From the NCBI RefSeq assembly GCF_004010195.1, contig NC_057718.1, positions 22,418,963 through 22,482,962 on the forward strand: a stretch of DNA of 64,000 nt. Direction: 5' to 3'. Origin of the DNA: Chiloscyllium plagiosum. Its lineage: Eukaryota. Of the stretch, positions 12,846 through 25,209 are shown piece by piece. The notes under the pieces are model-generated. The model saw nothing but the letters and a program-made list of their open reading frames with translations, was not told where the DNA came from and made no database searches. The position numbers and the translations under genes are program-made. The number at the start of each line of letters is the position of its first letter. Position 1 is the stretch's first letter.

Positions 12846-13464
12846 TCAAACTGTTCTTCATGCCTTACTTGTAGTTCACACTCAAGTGGTTGAGGGTTGT
12901 TTAGATTGTCTGTGGATGTTTGAAACTTCACCAGTTGGGTGTTGATGGCAAGTTCAGTCAAGCTGGATGTGACTGTCATGGTGTGGAGTGTATTCCAATT
13001 GGGGCAATGAGATTTCAGATTCATTTTTGTGGGGTTTTCTTCTGAAGTCAAGTTTAGAATGGCATTATGGTTGGCACAGACATGGTAAAAAGGCTTGTTC
13101 CTGTGCTGTACTGTTCTATGTCCTGTGTGAATGAGACTACTTTGTGCACCATCAACTGGTGGGGTTGTTTGAGGAGGATGTTCTCATTGTGGATGTCAGG
13201 AGGCTTATTATAGTTCAGCAGAAGGAGACACTTGAGATTTCTGGTGGACTAAACTTTTCAGCGACAGTGCTCATGACTACCTGTAGGGGGAATCCTGTCA
13301 TGCCTGGATGGTGTTCCCTGAACCAGCATGAGCTGCAAATCTCTGCTTAATTGTTGGCCGAGAGTTTCATTGTTCTGCTGATCTTAGATCTGCATGATAT
13401 TTTTTGCTGTCTAGTTTTTAATGCAGCTGCTTTGTCTAAGTGTGCAGCATTTATGTTTCCTCAG

Positions 13465-13681
13465 AGTCCGTTTTTTGCTTGGTGGCCGTCATGGGGAGTT
13501 TAAGTTCCTGCCACCTCCAGGTTACGCTCCTTGTTTTGAAGCCTTGCTGCCGAAGGAGAAGATGAGGGTGGAACATACTAATGAATACAAACAAGATCAC
13601 AATGGTGTCAGGGATCTTCTAGGCCCTAACATCCCACTCACGCAAGCTGCCTTTACCCCAATGCCTGTGGGTACATCTCAG
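13465..13681 (+). CDS. RYR2: RYR2 exon (~22), 217 nt
   Basis: cctcAG|A GTC CGT...TCT CAG|GTAAGG. Translates VRFLLGGRHGEFKFLPPPGYAPCFEALLPKEK...AAFTPMPVGTSQ. Confidence 0.96.
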
Positions 13682-14046
13682 GTAAGGCACTTGTTTGATG
13701 GACATTTACATGTCGCTCTGTGTTACCGCAGATACAAATGAGAATGGGTGTAGGAACTGCATGTTAAAATAGAAGATTTAGTTGCATTAAATTGATGCAA
13801 ATTTGGAGCTTTCATTTGAAAATACAATTCTTTTGAGGCTGGTGTTATGAACGTTAATACACAGTATCATTGTGCAGTCTATTAGCATAATATTCACATT
13901 CGTGTACATAGAAAGACAAGTGGGCAGCTTCTTTCAAGACTATTAAAGCATTTAGGGTCTGATGTCACAAGATTCTTGTAGTTAGTTATTATGATCCGAA
14001 TGATGGTAATATGGGACAACTCAGATGCCATGGTGAAGTCTGGCTT

Positions 14047-14983
14047 AGAGTCATAGAGATATACAGCATGGAAAGAGATGCTTCACTTCAACTCGTCCAT
14101 GCCGCCCAGATATCCTAACCTAATCTAGTTCCATTTGTCAGCACTTGGCCCATATCCCTCTAAACCCTTCCTATTCATATACCCAACCAAATGCCTTTCA
14201 AATGATGTAATTCTAGCAGCCTCCACTTCCTCCTGTTGCTCATTCCATACACGCACCACTCTCTGTGTGAAAACGTTGCCCCTTAGGTCCCTTTCATATC
14301 GTTCCCGTCTTACCCTGAACCTATGCCTTCTAGTTCTGGACACCCGCTACTCCAGGGACAAGACCATGTCTGTTTATCCTATCCATGCCCCTCATGATTT
14401 TATAAACCTCTGTAAGGTCACCCCTCAGCCTCCAAAGCTCCAGGGAAAACAGCCCCAGCCTATTCAGCCTCTCACTTTAGCTCAAAACCTCCAACCCTGG
14501 CAACATCCTTGTAAATCTTTTCTGAACGCTTTCAATTTCACAACATCCTTCCGATAGGAATTAGACCAGAATTTGCATGCAATATTCCAAAAGTGGCCGA
14601 ACCAATGTCCTGTACAGCCGCAACATAGCCTCCCAACTCTGATACTCAATGCTTTGACCAATAAAGTAAAGCATACTAAATGCCTTTTTCATTATATACT
14701 TTCAAGGAGCTATGAACCTGCACTTTAAGGTCTTTTTGTTCAGCAACACTCGCTAGGACCTTAACATTAAGTGTGTAAGTCCTGCTCTGATTTGCTTTTC
14801 CAAAATGCAAAATTGATCTAAATTAAACCCCATCTGCCACTCCTTAGCCCATTGGCCCATCTGATCTAGATCACGTAGTACTCTGAGATAACCTTTTTTG
14901 CTGTCCACTACATCTCCAACTTTGGTGTCATCTACAAACTTACTAACCATACCTCCTTTGATTACATCGAAATCATTTATATC
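14047..14983 (-). mobile_element. CR1/HER1 LINE 3' ~0.9 kb
   Basis: Minus-strand peptides VSKFVDDTKVGDVVDSKKGY and SRTRRHRFRVRRERYERDLRGNVFTQRVV, plus the HER1 tail. Confidence 0.9.
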
Positions 14984-15021
14984 AATTGAGAGAGAAACAC
15001 AATTGGATAGATGAGGTTAAA

Positions 15022-15228
15022 ATCAACAAGGTAAAAACAATGACTGCAGATGCTGGAAACCAGATTCTGGATCAATGGTGCTGGAAGAGCACAGCATTTC
15101 AGGCAGCATCGAGGAGCTTCAGCAAAATTGACGGATTCCTGATGAAGGGCTTTTGCCCGAAACGTCGATTTTGCTGAAGCTCCTCGGATGCTGCCTGAAC
15201 TGCTGTGCTCTTCCAGCACCATTGATCC
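15022..15228. mobile_element. Penelope fold-back mini-element, family A variant
   Basis: 14-bp TSD tagatgaggttaaa at 15008-15021 and 15229-15242. Inverted arms. Confidence 0.88.
15135..15170 (+). ncRNA. Minimal hammerhead ribozyme motif
   Basis: attc-CTGATGA-a-GGGC tttt GCCC-GAAA-cg-TC-gatt. Core intact, stem I imperfect. Confidence 0.7.
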
Positions 15229-16165
15229 TAGATGAGGTTAAAGGTCAGTCTGGGGGATTGAATAGCTGCGAACGGAATTATTAGTGGCTGACAATGGGTA
15301 GTGTGTGGTAGCAGCCCATATGATGACAAGGTTTGGTATGTGTGGGTGGGGAGCTTAATATCGAGTTGAAACATTTTAGGGCTGGAGTACCTTTCCCCAT
15401 GCTTTCCCCCATCTCCACATACCAGGCCTTGTCATCACCTGGGCTGTGACCACACCCTACCCAGTGTCAGCCACATTAGCAGGTATTCATTCTCCCAGAC
15501 TGATCTTTAACCACTCCTTTGTCTGTTCAACTGTGTTTCTCTCTATTTAGGCTCTCTCTCCATCTATCGTTTACTCTCTCGTCTTTCCTCACCCCATCTT
15601 CTGTATATAAACCATTCTGTTCCTAGTTATCATCAGTTCTGAGGAAGGTCACTGGACCTCAAATGTTAACTCTGATTTCTCTCCACAGATGCTGCCCAGA
15701 CTCACTGAGATGTTCCAGTAATTTCTATTTTTGCGACATTTAAGATAGTTTGAAATTCTCTCATCATTAGCAATAAGTAGGAAAAAAAATCTTTTCCCCC
15801 ACAATATTCTTTTCAGACAATCAACCCCAGAGTAGTATCACTCCTATTTTCACCTTAAAATTTCTTACCCAACTGATGAGTTTGCAAATATTTAATTTTG
15901 ACAATTTTTTGCAAATTCACCAGGTCTGTCTCACCTAGAAACCAACCAATATAGGCCAGCTCACTGATTGTTTCCACCAAAATCTATGGAGAAGAAATAT
16001 CTGGAGTTTTGCCAGTTACTTTGACTACCTTGAGGCTGCTAAGCAGCACACCTGCTAATAGGAATCTTCAGAGTTGAACCCCCTTCTGGCCTCTGGCCTC
16101 TCTTTTCTTAAGGTTATAAAATCTCAACTTCAGCAATTATTTTACTAGATTGCTTCTCTAGTCAT

Positions 16166-16477
16166 TTAGATTAGATTACATTACAGTGTGGAAACAGGCC
16201 CTTCGGCCCAACAAGTCCACACCGACCCGCCGAAGCGCAACCCACCCATACCCCGACATTTACCCCTTACCTAACACTACGGGCAATTTAGCATGGCCAA
16301 TTCACCTGACCTGCACATCTTTGGACTGTGGGAGGAAACTAGAGCATCCAGAGGAAACCCACGCAGACACGGGGAGAACGTGCAAACTCCACACAGTCAG
16401 TCGCCTGAGGCGGGAATTGAACCCAGGTCTCTGGCACTGTGAGGCAACAGTGCTACTCACTGTGCCATCGTGTCGCC
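16166..16477 (-). mobile_element. HE1-type SINE
   Basis: Full SINE layout with ttaga tail and tRNA head. CpG-rich, so probably young. Confidence 0.88.
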
Positions 16478-18350
16478 TCACTAGCTAAAGTAGCTAAAGT
16501 TAGCTAAAGTAACATCCTTTCTTGGGGGTGCAGTTATGACCCACTGCTAGAAAAAAAAACCTTCTGACCATTAAAAAAACCCAAATCATCTTAAGAGACA
16601 TGAAAATCAAAAACCTATATACCTCTACCAAGATCCCAATAATAACAATAATATATAATAAATACTAATTACATAGTTTATCAATATATCTCATCAAATA
16701 TGATATATTACTATCTTACAACACATCTTAGATATGTTTTACTTATAAATGCAGCATTGCTTAGCATTGTCCGCTGATTTCTATTTGTGTTTTTGTGGTT
16801 GGGAGCATTCAAGACAAGGTGCAACAAATAGATCACCTCTGTGATTTAACTACAATGTTTAAGTTTGTCGGGTTATAGTACCATATAGATGAAACAGCAG
16901 GGATAGCTTGTATACTTTAAGGGAACATCACCGTGTAAACTATAGGTTAATTCTGTTTTGGCTTTGTGTCAGCATTACAAACTAACATCTGTATGCCAAA
17001 ATATTTTATGAATGTGATTAACAATATGACAATTACCAGGTAATTTGTTTTTGATGTTGGTATTTAAAATAAGGAATAGAAATGGAATTTTTGATTCATA
17101 AGCAAAGGTTTCAAGGTTTAAAAATCCTTGAGTATTACATTTAATCAGAAGACAAGGAAGGAATGTACAGCTTTGTTTTCTTGAATTTTGAATACCTGTT
17201 GATCTTCTTTTATTATGAGTTCTTCACGTCTTAATTTGAGTTCAACTTTGTTAAACTTGTTTATTATTGTGCTCCACATGATAAGACTAGAGAGCAACAT
17301 GCTCCATATTGTTCAGGATCCAACTTATTTGTGAAACATAAAAGCATGACAGCTGAGGTCACAGTGACCCCACAGTTACCTCACAGGCTTATCTACATAC
17401 TCATTAAACCCTATCCGTACACATCAAACTGACTTAATCATGAATCATGACTCTAAACTGGCAAAATCATGTATTAGTATTTCAAGAATTCTCATTGCAA
17501 CGTAACAAAGCTAATGTTACAGAATATTTATATTGCTTTCACATCTGAGCTCATGAATCCTTTCTCACACTTTATGCTCACTTTCATTTTTCCAATGACT
17601 GAAGCACAACACCACTTGTGTTTCGGTGTCGCTGCTGGCATCTTACTCCAATGTGTATGTTAAGTATTGACTTTTTAATGATGTTTTATGCTTTTGCTGA
17701 GCATAAAAACATATTTGTTTGATTTTTTTTTGCCAGCTTACAAGTGCTGATTGCTACGGAGAAAATAGTTTTGAATATGATGCTTAACCTCGTTATAACA
17801 GAATTTATTTATGTTGTGTTTACTGATGTGAATAGCCTGTTCACTGACCAAATATTATGTTGTTGGCAATGTAATCATAGTTAATTCATCCAATTCTTAT
17901 CCTTAAAAATTACCACAATGCCCTCAAAGTATATGCAATGTGTCTTTGAATGGAAAAAAATGCAGGAACTGCTGGGAATATAAATAGGCATTTTTGTACT
18001 ACTCATGCTTTTTCTTTCGACTACTTTGGTGCCTGAATGGGACCATGCCTTGTATTTTAGGATAGCCATTTTTTGTTTTCCACTGTGAAGTGAGACAAGT
18101 GGTGTTTGTGTTGGAAGCCCTCAGTCTTTGTTATTTTGGAGAAAGAAGAAGAGGTTTAGTAGTGAGATCCACATAGATAAGATTTCACCAAAGGAAGAAA
18201 GCTGAAAACACCCATTACTGATCCTTCAAGCTATTTATGTATGATGTTCTTGACTTTTGCTAAAGCTCCTAAATGTTCAATGTTTAGGGGAAACGTAGAC
18301 TTTGTAAGCTTACTTATAAGAATTATATTTCTCTCTTGAAACTATTCCAG

Positions 18351-18455
18351 ATTGTACTCCCACCTCACCTGGACCGAGTTCGAGAAAAGTTAGCAGAAAA
18401 CATCCACGAGCTCTGGGTGATGAACAAAATTGAGCTTGGCTGGACATATGGGCCG
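18351..18455 (+). CDS. RYR2: RYR2 exon (~23), 105 nt, RyR repeat 1
   Basis: ttccAG|ATT GTA...GGG CCG|GTATGT. Translates [35 protein letters not shown]. Confidence 0.96.
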
Positions 18456-18942
18456 GTATGTTGGTGGCATGTCATTAATTCATATATGGCAGATTGTGAC
18501 ATAATTCATATATGGTCCAGGAGGGCTATTTTCTATTGTGTGTTAGCTTAGGAAAAGTGAGTCAATTTGATTTTGAGTCAGGATGAAGATTATTTCAATT
18601 TTAATCTAATGAAAGAAAATAGGCTTTTACATTGAAAGGAAAACAGCTTCAGAAATCAGTATCTTGGAATATAGTAAAGATTGCAAAGTGCACAGTAAAG
18701 TGTATTTTCCTTGGGCTGACTGCATCGCCATCCAAGTTCGTTTGAAGTTCCATTAAACCTGTTACTTGGCATTCGAGGAGGAAATTCAACTTGCATAATG
18801 CAAAACCACTGCTGGGAGGTTCACGTGCTCAAGTGGAGTTAGACGTAAATGCCACTGATGATTTGAAAGCACCAAGAGGCAGCCAACCATAACCTTCTGG
18901 CTATGAAGGACAGAAAACCATCTGCCTCCTACATGGAGCCAA

Positions 18943-19155
18943 AGTAGACAGGCAGGAGGCTGGAAGAACACAGCAAGTCAGGCATCATCATCAGGAGGTG
19001 GAGAAGTCGATGTTTCGGGTCTAATCCTTCTTCAGGACTGGGGGTGGGTGTAGGGGGAGCTGCAGATAAAGGGGCTGGCGGGAGCAGGGTGGTGAAGTGG
19101 GGATAGGTGAAGATGGGCAGACGGTATGACTGGTTGGTCACTGGGAGAAATGAAT
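18943..19155 (-). mobile_element. Penelope 3' pLTR fragment (family A-related)
   Basis: TSD atggagccaa at 18933-18942 and 19156-19165. Contains a hammerhead motif. Confidence 0.8.
19005..19039 (-). ncRNA. Minimal hammerhead ribozyme motif (slightly decayed)
   Basis: Minus strand reads agtc-CTGAAGA-a-ggat tag accc-GAAA-ca-TC-gact, with a perfect 4-bp stem I. Confidence 0.65.
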
Positions 19156-19900
19156 ATGGAGCCAACCAGCACTTCTGACCGGAAAAGGTGAGGGAAGGGG
19201 ATGTGAGGGGAACTGATGGCTCGGAGGCAGCTTTGTTGAGGAGTGGAGTGCAGTCATGGCAGGGGCATTATTGAGCCACCAATGGGCTAGATTTGTGACC
19301 CAGGCTGAGTGCTCTGTCTGCAAAACAGCAATAAACCCACAGCACTTCTTAAAGCATGAAAGATCCCCTCAGTAACTACTGTTTCAACCTCTTGTTGTGT
19401 GATAAAAAAATAGGCAAAGTCTTCAGTCCTGAAAGTTAAGATTGCACGCAAAATGCTTTTGCATATTTAAGTAGTTGTTAATTTCTCACCTGTTTATACG
19501 TTCACCCATTCTTCAGGTCAGCCTTGGACATCAGTGGAAAGGCTGAAATGGTCCTCTAATTTGAAACTATTGCCTAGCATTTGTCAAGCCAGGGATAGGT
19601 AGCTGCTAGTTAAAACACACACCCTTGTTCTTCCTCTAATCAACATTATCAAGTTGGCAACCCCGAGGCAAGAAGACCCAAATATTTAACCTTCTGAGAA
19701 TTTATCAAGATTGTATTTTAACTTTTTTAACTTCATGACAGGATTCAGATTTATTTGAAGAAAAAACATTTCCTTCAGTTGAAGATATTTGAATCAAGCA
19801 GAAATGAGAGTTTTTATACTGTTATTTTTGCTAAGCATTGAAACAACAATGCTGTAGCCAAAATCCCCTGTTACACGTTAACTTAGTTTGTTTGTTGTCC

Positions 19901-20204
19901 AGGGTGGCACGGTGGCTCAGTGGTTAGCATTGCTGCCTCACAGCACCAGACTCTCGGGTTCGATTTCAGCCTTGGGTAACTGTCTGTGTGGAGTTTGCAC
20001 ATTGTCTGCGTGGGTTTCCTCCGGGTGCTCCGGTTTCCTCCCACCGTCCAAAGATGTGCAAGTCAGGTGAATTGACCATGCTAAATTGCCCACCGTGATA
20101 GGTGCATTAGTCAGAGGGGAAATGGGTCTGGGTGGGTTACTCTTCGGAGGGTCAGTGTGGACTGGTTGGGCCGAAGGGCTTGTTTCCACACTGTAGGGAA
20201 TCTA
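19901..20204 (+). mobile_element. HE1-type SINE
   Basis: gggtggcacggtggctcagtggttagc...gggttcgatt head and gtttccacactgtagggaatcta tail. Confidence 0.9.
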
Positions 20205-20324
20205 AAAATAAAACTTTGCGACAAGAAAATTTAGAGTTGATTTGGAGATGTTAGACAGGTTTTTGATTATAACATGCCACCACAACTGTGAAGCTATTAA
20301 CATAACTTGGCATTTTCCTTATAG

Positions 20325-20428
20325 ATCCGGGATGACAACAAACGGCAACATCCTTGTCTGGTAGAATTCTCCAAATTACCAGAACAGGAACGAAATTACA
20401 ATTTGCAGATGTCACTTGAAACCCTCAA
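20325..20428 (+). CDS. RYR2: RYR2 exon (~24), 104 nt
   Basis: cttatAG|ATC CGG GAT...CTC AA|GTGAGT. Translates [35 protein letters not shown]. Not in the ORF track. Confidence 0.95.
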
Positions 20429-21014
20429 GTGAGTGTTATTTTATTTATTCTCTTTCTTCTTACAGTAACAAACATTATATTTTCCTGAAGTTTAAAGCTT
20501 TTGTTAATGCTGACAATTTTTGGATCCCTACAGCGTATACCTTATGAAGTTTATATGATTTTCCTCCAGTCATAGCTTTCTGAAGATCACAGGAGCAAAG
20601 AACAGAATATTATTACCTCTGTCATCTTCTGATAAGCCACTCACTGTATGCAAAGCCCCAGCAGGGATATGACGTCTTGAGCATCTCACTCAGTGAGAAT
20701 ATAATGAGTTAACTTGCTGAATTAATTCAAACGTCTGTTCTTGATTTTCTGCAGGGATTTATGGCCTGTCTGAAATCTGCGGAAATTCATTTGTAAGTTA
20801 ATGATAAAGAAACAAGCAACAGAAATGTCAGGCAGAAATTAATGCCCTACCTCCTGCTGAATTTGATGATGGAGGCTTTTAATCAGCCAGGACCACCGTG
20901 CTGCCTTCCCTCCAATTTAATCCCATGGTGGGAATATCCTTAGATGGCCTTTCTCCCTATCACTAATCACTAATTAAATAGACAATTACTACTGGCGCAT
21001 AGGTGTCATCCCAC

Positions 21015-21367
21015 TAGAATCACAGAATCCCTCGAGTGTATAAACAGGCCATTTGGCCTAACAAGTCCACACCGACCCTCCAAAGGGTATCCCACCCAGA
21101 CCCATTCCCCAAAACTAATACTCTACTTTTCCCCTGACTAATGCACCTAACCTACAAATCCCTTAACACTACGGGCAATTTAGGATGGCCAATTCACCTG
21201 GCCTGCGCATCTTTGGGCTGTGGGAGAAAACCGGAGCACCCGGAGGAAACCAACGCAGACACAGGGAGAATGTACAAACTCCGCACAGACAGTCGCTTGA
21301 GGCTGGAATTGAATTCTGGTCCCTGGCACTGTGAGGCAACAGTGCTAACTACTGAGCCACCGTGCCC
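21015..21367 (-). mobile_element. HE1-type SINE
   Basis: Reverse complement of the same consensus as 19901-20204. Confidence 0.88.
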
Positions 21368-21659
21368 TCATCAGTTCACAAAACCCACATGGTCATTGGC
21401 CACTGCATTTGTTTAGCTACCTTTTCAAATGAGATGAAATACCTTTCAACATCCTTCTCATCAAATTTAGGCAATGGTTGAATATATTTAAACAGTATCC
21501 ACTTGGATTAAGGAGACACAGAAGATGATGGCAGTTAATTTCTGCCAACCTTCACAAGGAGGAAAGTGTGACAGTGTCGGATGCTTAGTCAGCAGCTTGG
21601 CACTGTTAAGATGCCATCAACCCCACCAGCACACATAACGAGAGCTGAATGTCCTCCTG

Positions 21660-24600
21660 CCTCGAGAACGAGGTAGGATTGCTAGATTAAACTGCATTTA
21701 TTTCAATGCAAGAGGCCTAACAGGGAAAGCAGATGAACTCAGAGTATGGTTAGGAACATGGGACTTGGATATCGTAGCAGTTACAGAGATGTGGTTCAGG
21801 GATGGGCAGGACTGGCAGCTTAATGTTCCAGGATACAAATGCTACAGGAAGGATAGAAACGGAGGCAAGAGAGGAGGGGGAGTGGTGCTTTTGATAAGGG
21901 ATAGCATTGCTGCTGTACTAAGGGAGGATATTCCTGAGAATACATCCAGGGAAATTATTTCAGAACAACTGAGAAATAAGTAAAGGATGATCATCTTATT
22001 GGGATTTTATTATAGACCACCTAACAGTCAGTGGGAAATTGAGAAACAAATTTGCAAGGAGATCTCATTATCTGTAAGAATAATACGGTGAATGTGGTAG
22101 GGGATTTTAACTTTCCAAACATAGGCTGGTATTGCCATAGTGTAAAGGATTTAGATGGAGGGGAATTTGTTAAGTGTGTACAAGAAAATTTTCTGATTCA
22201 GTATGTGGATGTGCCTACTGGAGAAGGTGCAAAGCTTGACTTACTCTTGGGAAATAAGACAGGGCAGGTGACTGAGGTGTCAGTGGGGGAGGACTTTGGG
22301 GCCAGCAACCATAATTCCATTGGTTTTAAAATAGTGGTGGAAAAGAATAGACCAGAATATAAATTTTAAACAGCAGGAAGGCTAATTCTGATGGCATTAG
22401 GCAAGACCTTTTAAAAGTTGATTTGGGGTGGATGTTTGCAGGTGAAGGGATGGCTGGAAAATGAGAGGCCTTCAGAAGTGAGATAACGAGAGTCCAGAGA
22501 CAGTATATTCCTGTGAGGGTGAAAGTAAGGCTGGTAGATGTAAGGAATGCTGGATGACTAGAGAAATTGAGGATTTGGTTTAGCAAAAAAAGGAAGCACG
22601 TGACAGGTATAGACAGCAGAGTTTGAGTGAATCCTTAGAATATAATGGTAGTAAGAGTATACTTAAGATAGGAAATCAGGAGGCCAAAGAGGCATGAGAT
22701 AGCTTTAGCAAATAGAGTTAAGGAGAATCCAAAGGGATTCTACAAATACATTAAGGATACAAGAGTAACTAAGGAGAGAATAGGACCCCTCAAAGATCAG
22801 CAAGGCCACCTATGTGTGGAACCTTAGGAGATGGGACAGATACTAAACAAGTATTTTGCATCAACGTTTCCTGTGGAGAAGGACATGGAAGATACAGAAA
22901 GTGGGGAAATAGACGGTGACATCTTGAAAAATGTCCATATTACAGAGGAGATGGTGGTGGATGTTTTAAAATGCATAAAGGAGGATAAATCCCCAGGACC
23001 TGATCAGGTGTAGTCTAGAACTCTGCGGGAAGCTAGGGAGATAATTGCTGGGCCCCTTGCTGAGATTTTGTATCGATAGTCACATGTGAGGTGCCGGAAT
23101 ACTAGAGGTTGGCTAATGTGGTGCCACTGTTTAAGAAAGGTGGTAAAGACAAGCCAGGGAACTATAAATCGGTGAGCCTGATGTCAGTGGTGGGCAAGTT
23201 GTTGGAGGAAATCCTGAGGGACAGTATATACATGTATTTCACCAATCTCCATGTACAGCGCATCATCCGCCGTCATTTCCGCCACCTCCAAACGGACCCC
23301 ACCACCAAGGATATATTTCCCTCCCCTCCCCTATCAGCATTCCGAAAAGACCACTCCCTCCGTGGCTCCCTCGTCAGGTCCACACTCCCCACCAACCCAA
23401 CCTCCACTCCCGGGCACCTTTCCCTGCAACCGCAAGAAATGCAAAACTTGCGCCCACATCTCCCCCCTTACTTCCCTCCAAGGCCCCAAGGGATCCTTCC
23501 ATATCTGCCACAAATTCACCTGCACCTCCAAACACATCATTTACTGCATCCACTGCACCCGATGTGGCCTCCTCTATATTGGGGAGACAGGCCGCCTACT
23601 TGTGGAACGTTTCAGAGAACACCCGGGCCAACCAACCCAACCACCCCGTGGCTCAACACTTCAACTCCCCCTTCCACTCTACCCAGGACATGCAGGTCCT
23701 TGGACTCCTCCATCGCCAGACCATAGCAACACGATGGCTGGAGGAAGAGCGCCTCATCTTCCGCCTAGGAACCCTCCAACCACGAGGGATGAATGCAGAT
23801 TTCTCCAGTTTCCTGCCCGAAACGTTGATTCTCCTGTTCCCTGGATGCTGCCTGACCTGCTGCGCTTTTCCAGCAACACATTTTCAGCTCTGATCCCCAG
23901 CATCAGCAGACCTCACTTTCTCCTCAATGTATTTGGAAAGGCAAGGACTGATTAGGGATAGTCAACATGGCTTTGTGCGTGGGAAATCATGTCTCACAAA
24001 CTTGATGGAGTTTTTTCAAGAAATAATAAAGAGGATTGATGAGGGCAGACTGGTAGATGTGATCAATATGGACTTCAGTAAGGTGTTCAACAAGGTTACC
24101 CATGGGAGACTGGTTAGTAAGATTAGATCTCATGGAATACAGGGAGAACTAGCCATTTGGATACAGAACTGGCTCAAAGGTAGAAGACTGAGGGTGGTAG
24201 TGGATGGTTACTTCACAGACTGGAGGCCTGTGACCAGTGGTGTGCCTGAAGGATCGATCCTGGGTCCACTGCTTTTTGACATTTATATAAATGATTTGGT
24301 TGTGAACATAGGAGGTATTGTTAGTAAAATTGAAGGTATAGTGGCCAGTGAAGAAGGTTACCGCAGAGTACAGCTTTGTCTTGACCAGATGGGCCAATGG
24401 GCCAAGGAGTAGCAGGTGGAGTTTAATTTAGATAAATGTGAGGTGCTGCATTTTGGAAAAGCTAATCAGGGCAGGACTTATGCACTTAATGGTAAGGTCC
24501 TAGGGAGTGTTACTGAACAAAGAGACCTTGGAATAAGATGCATAGCTCCTTGAAAGTGGAATCCCAGGTAGATAGAATAGTGAAGAAGGCATTTGGCATG

Positions 24601-25209
24601 CTTTCCTTTATTGACCAGAGCATTGAGTATAGGAGTTGGGAGATCATGTTGTGGCTGTACAGGATATTGGTTTGGCCACTTTTGGAATATTGTGTGCAAT
24701 TCTGGTCTCCTTCCTATCGGAAAGATGTTGTGAAACTTGAAAGGGTTCAAAAAAGATTTACAAGGAGGTTGCCAGGGTTGGAGGATTTGAGCTATAGGGA
24801 GAGGTTGAATAGGCTGGTGCTGTTTGCTCTGGAGCATCGGAGGCTGAGGGGTGATCTTACAGAGGTTCATAAAATCGTGAGGGGCACGGATAAGGTGAAT
24901 AGACAAGGTCTTTTCCCTAGGGTGAGGGTGTCCAGAACGAGAGGGCATAGGTTTAGGGTGAGAGGGGAAAGATATAAAAGTGTCCCAAGGGGCAACCTTT
25001 TCACACAGAAGGTGGATGCATGTGTGGAATAAGCTGCCAGAGGAAGTGGTGCAGGCTGATACAATTTCAACATTTAAAAGGCATCTGGATAAGTATATGA
25101 ATAGGAAGGGTTTAGAGGAATAGGACTGGATTACTTTGGGGTATCTGGTTGGTGTGGACGAGTTGGATCAAAGGGTTTGTTTGCGTGCTGTATGTCTCTA
25201 TGACTCTAT
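21660..25209 (+). mobile_element. Near-complete but broken CR1/HER1 LINE ORF2 (APE endonuclease + RT), interrupted by a Penelope
   Basis: Encodes YFNARGL...DIVAVTE.W, VVGDFNFP, ASNHNSI, KSPGPD, ANVVPLFKKG, QHGFVRGKSCLTNL, SGVPEGSILGPLLF and LEYCVQFWSP. Several stops and frameshifts. 3' tail tgtctctatgactct. Confidence 0.93.
23240..23926 (+). mobile_element. 5'-truncated Penelope-like element (GIY-YIG), family A, inside CR1
   Basis: Encodes GTFPCNRKKCKTCAH...KHIIYCIHCTRCGLLYIGETGRLLVERFREH. TSD atgtattt at 23232-23239 and 23927-23934. Confidence 0.9.

Larger units (their letters stand above)
14988..15735 (+). mobile_element. Older Penelope fold-back element, family C, interrupted by a family A hairpin
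   Basis: 14988-15356 (minus the insert) is a diverged inverse of 15400-15545. The 3' pLTR agttctgaggaaggtcactggacctcaaatgttaactctg...cagatgctg carries a decayed hammerhead. Confidence 0.7.

Noticed and set aside
16482..16510. tagctaaag(t) x3
   Set aside because: Trivial slippage repeat beside a SINE.
19901..19975. tRNA genes (also 8950, 32038, 42180, 53296)
   Set aside because: These are SINE heads continuing into SINE bodies, with no complete cloverleaf.
23109..23955. 205-aa and 234-aa ORFs as a novel RT-nuclease gene
   Set aside because: Chance fusion of broken CR1 and Penelope pieces bounded by a TSD.
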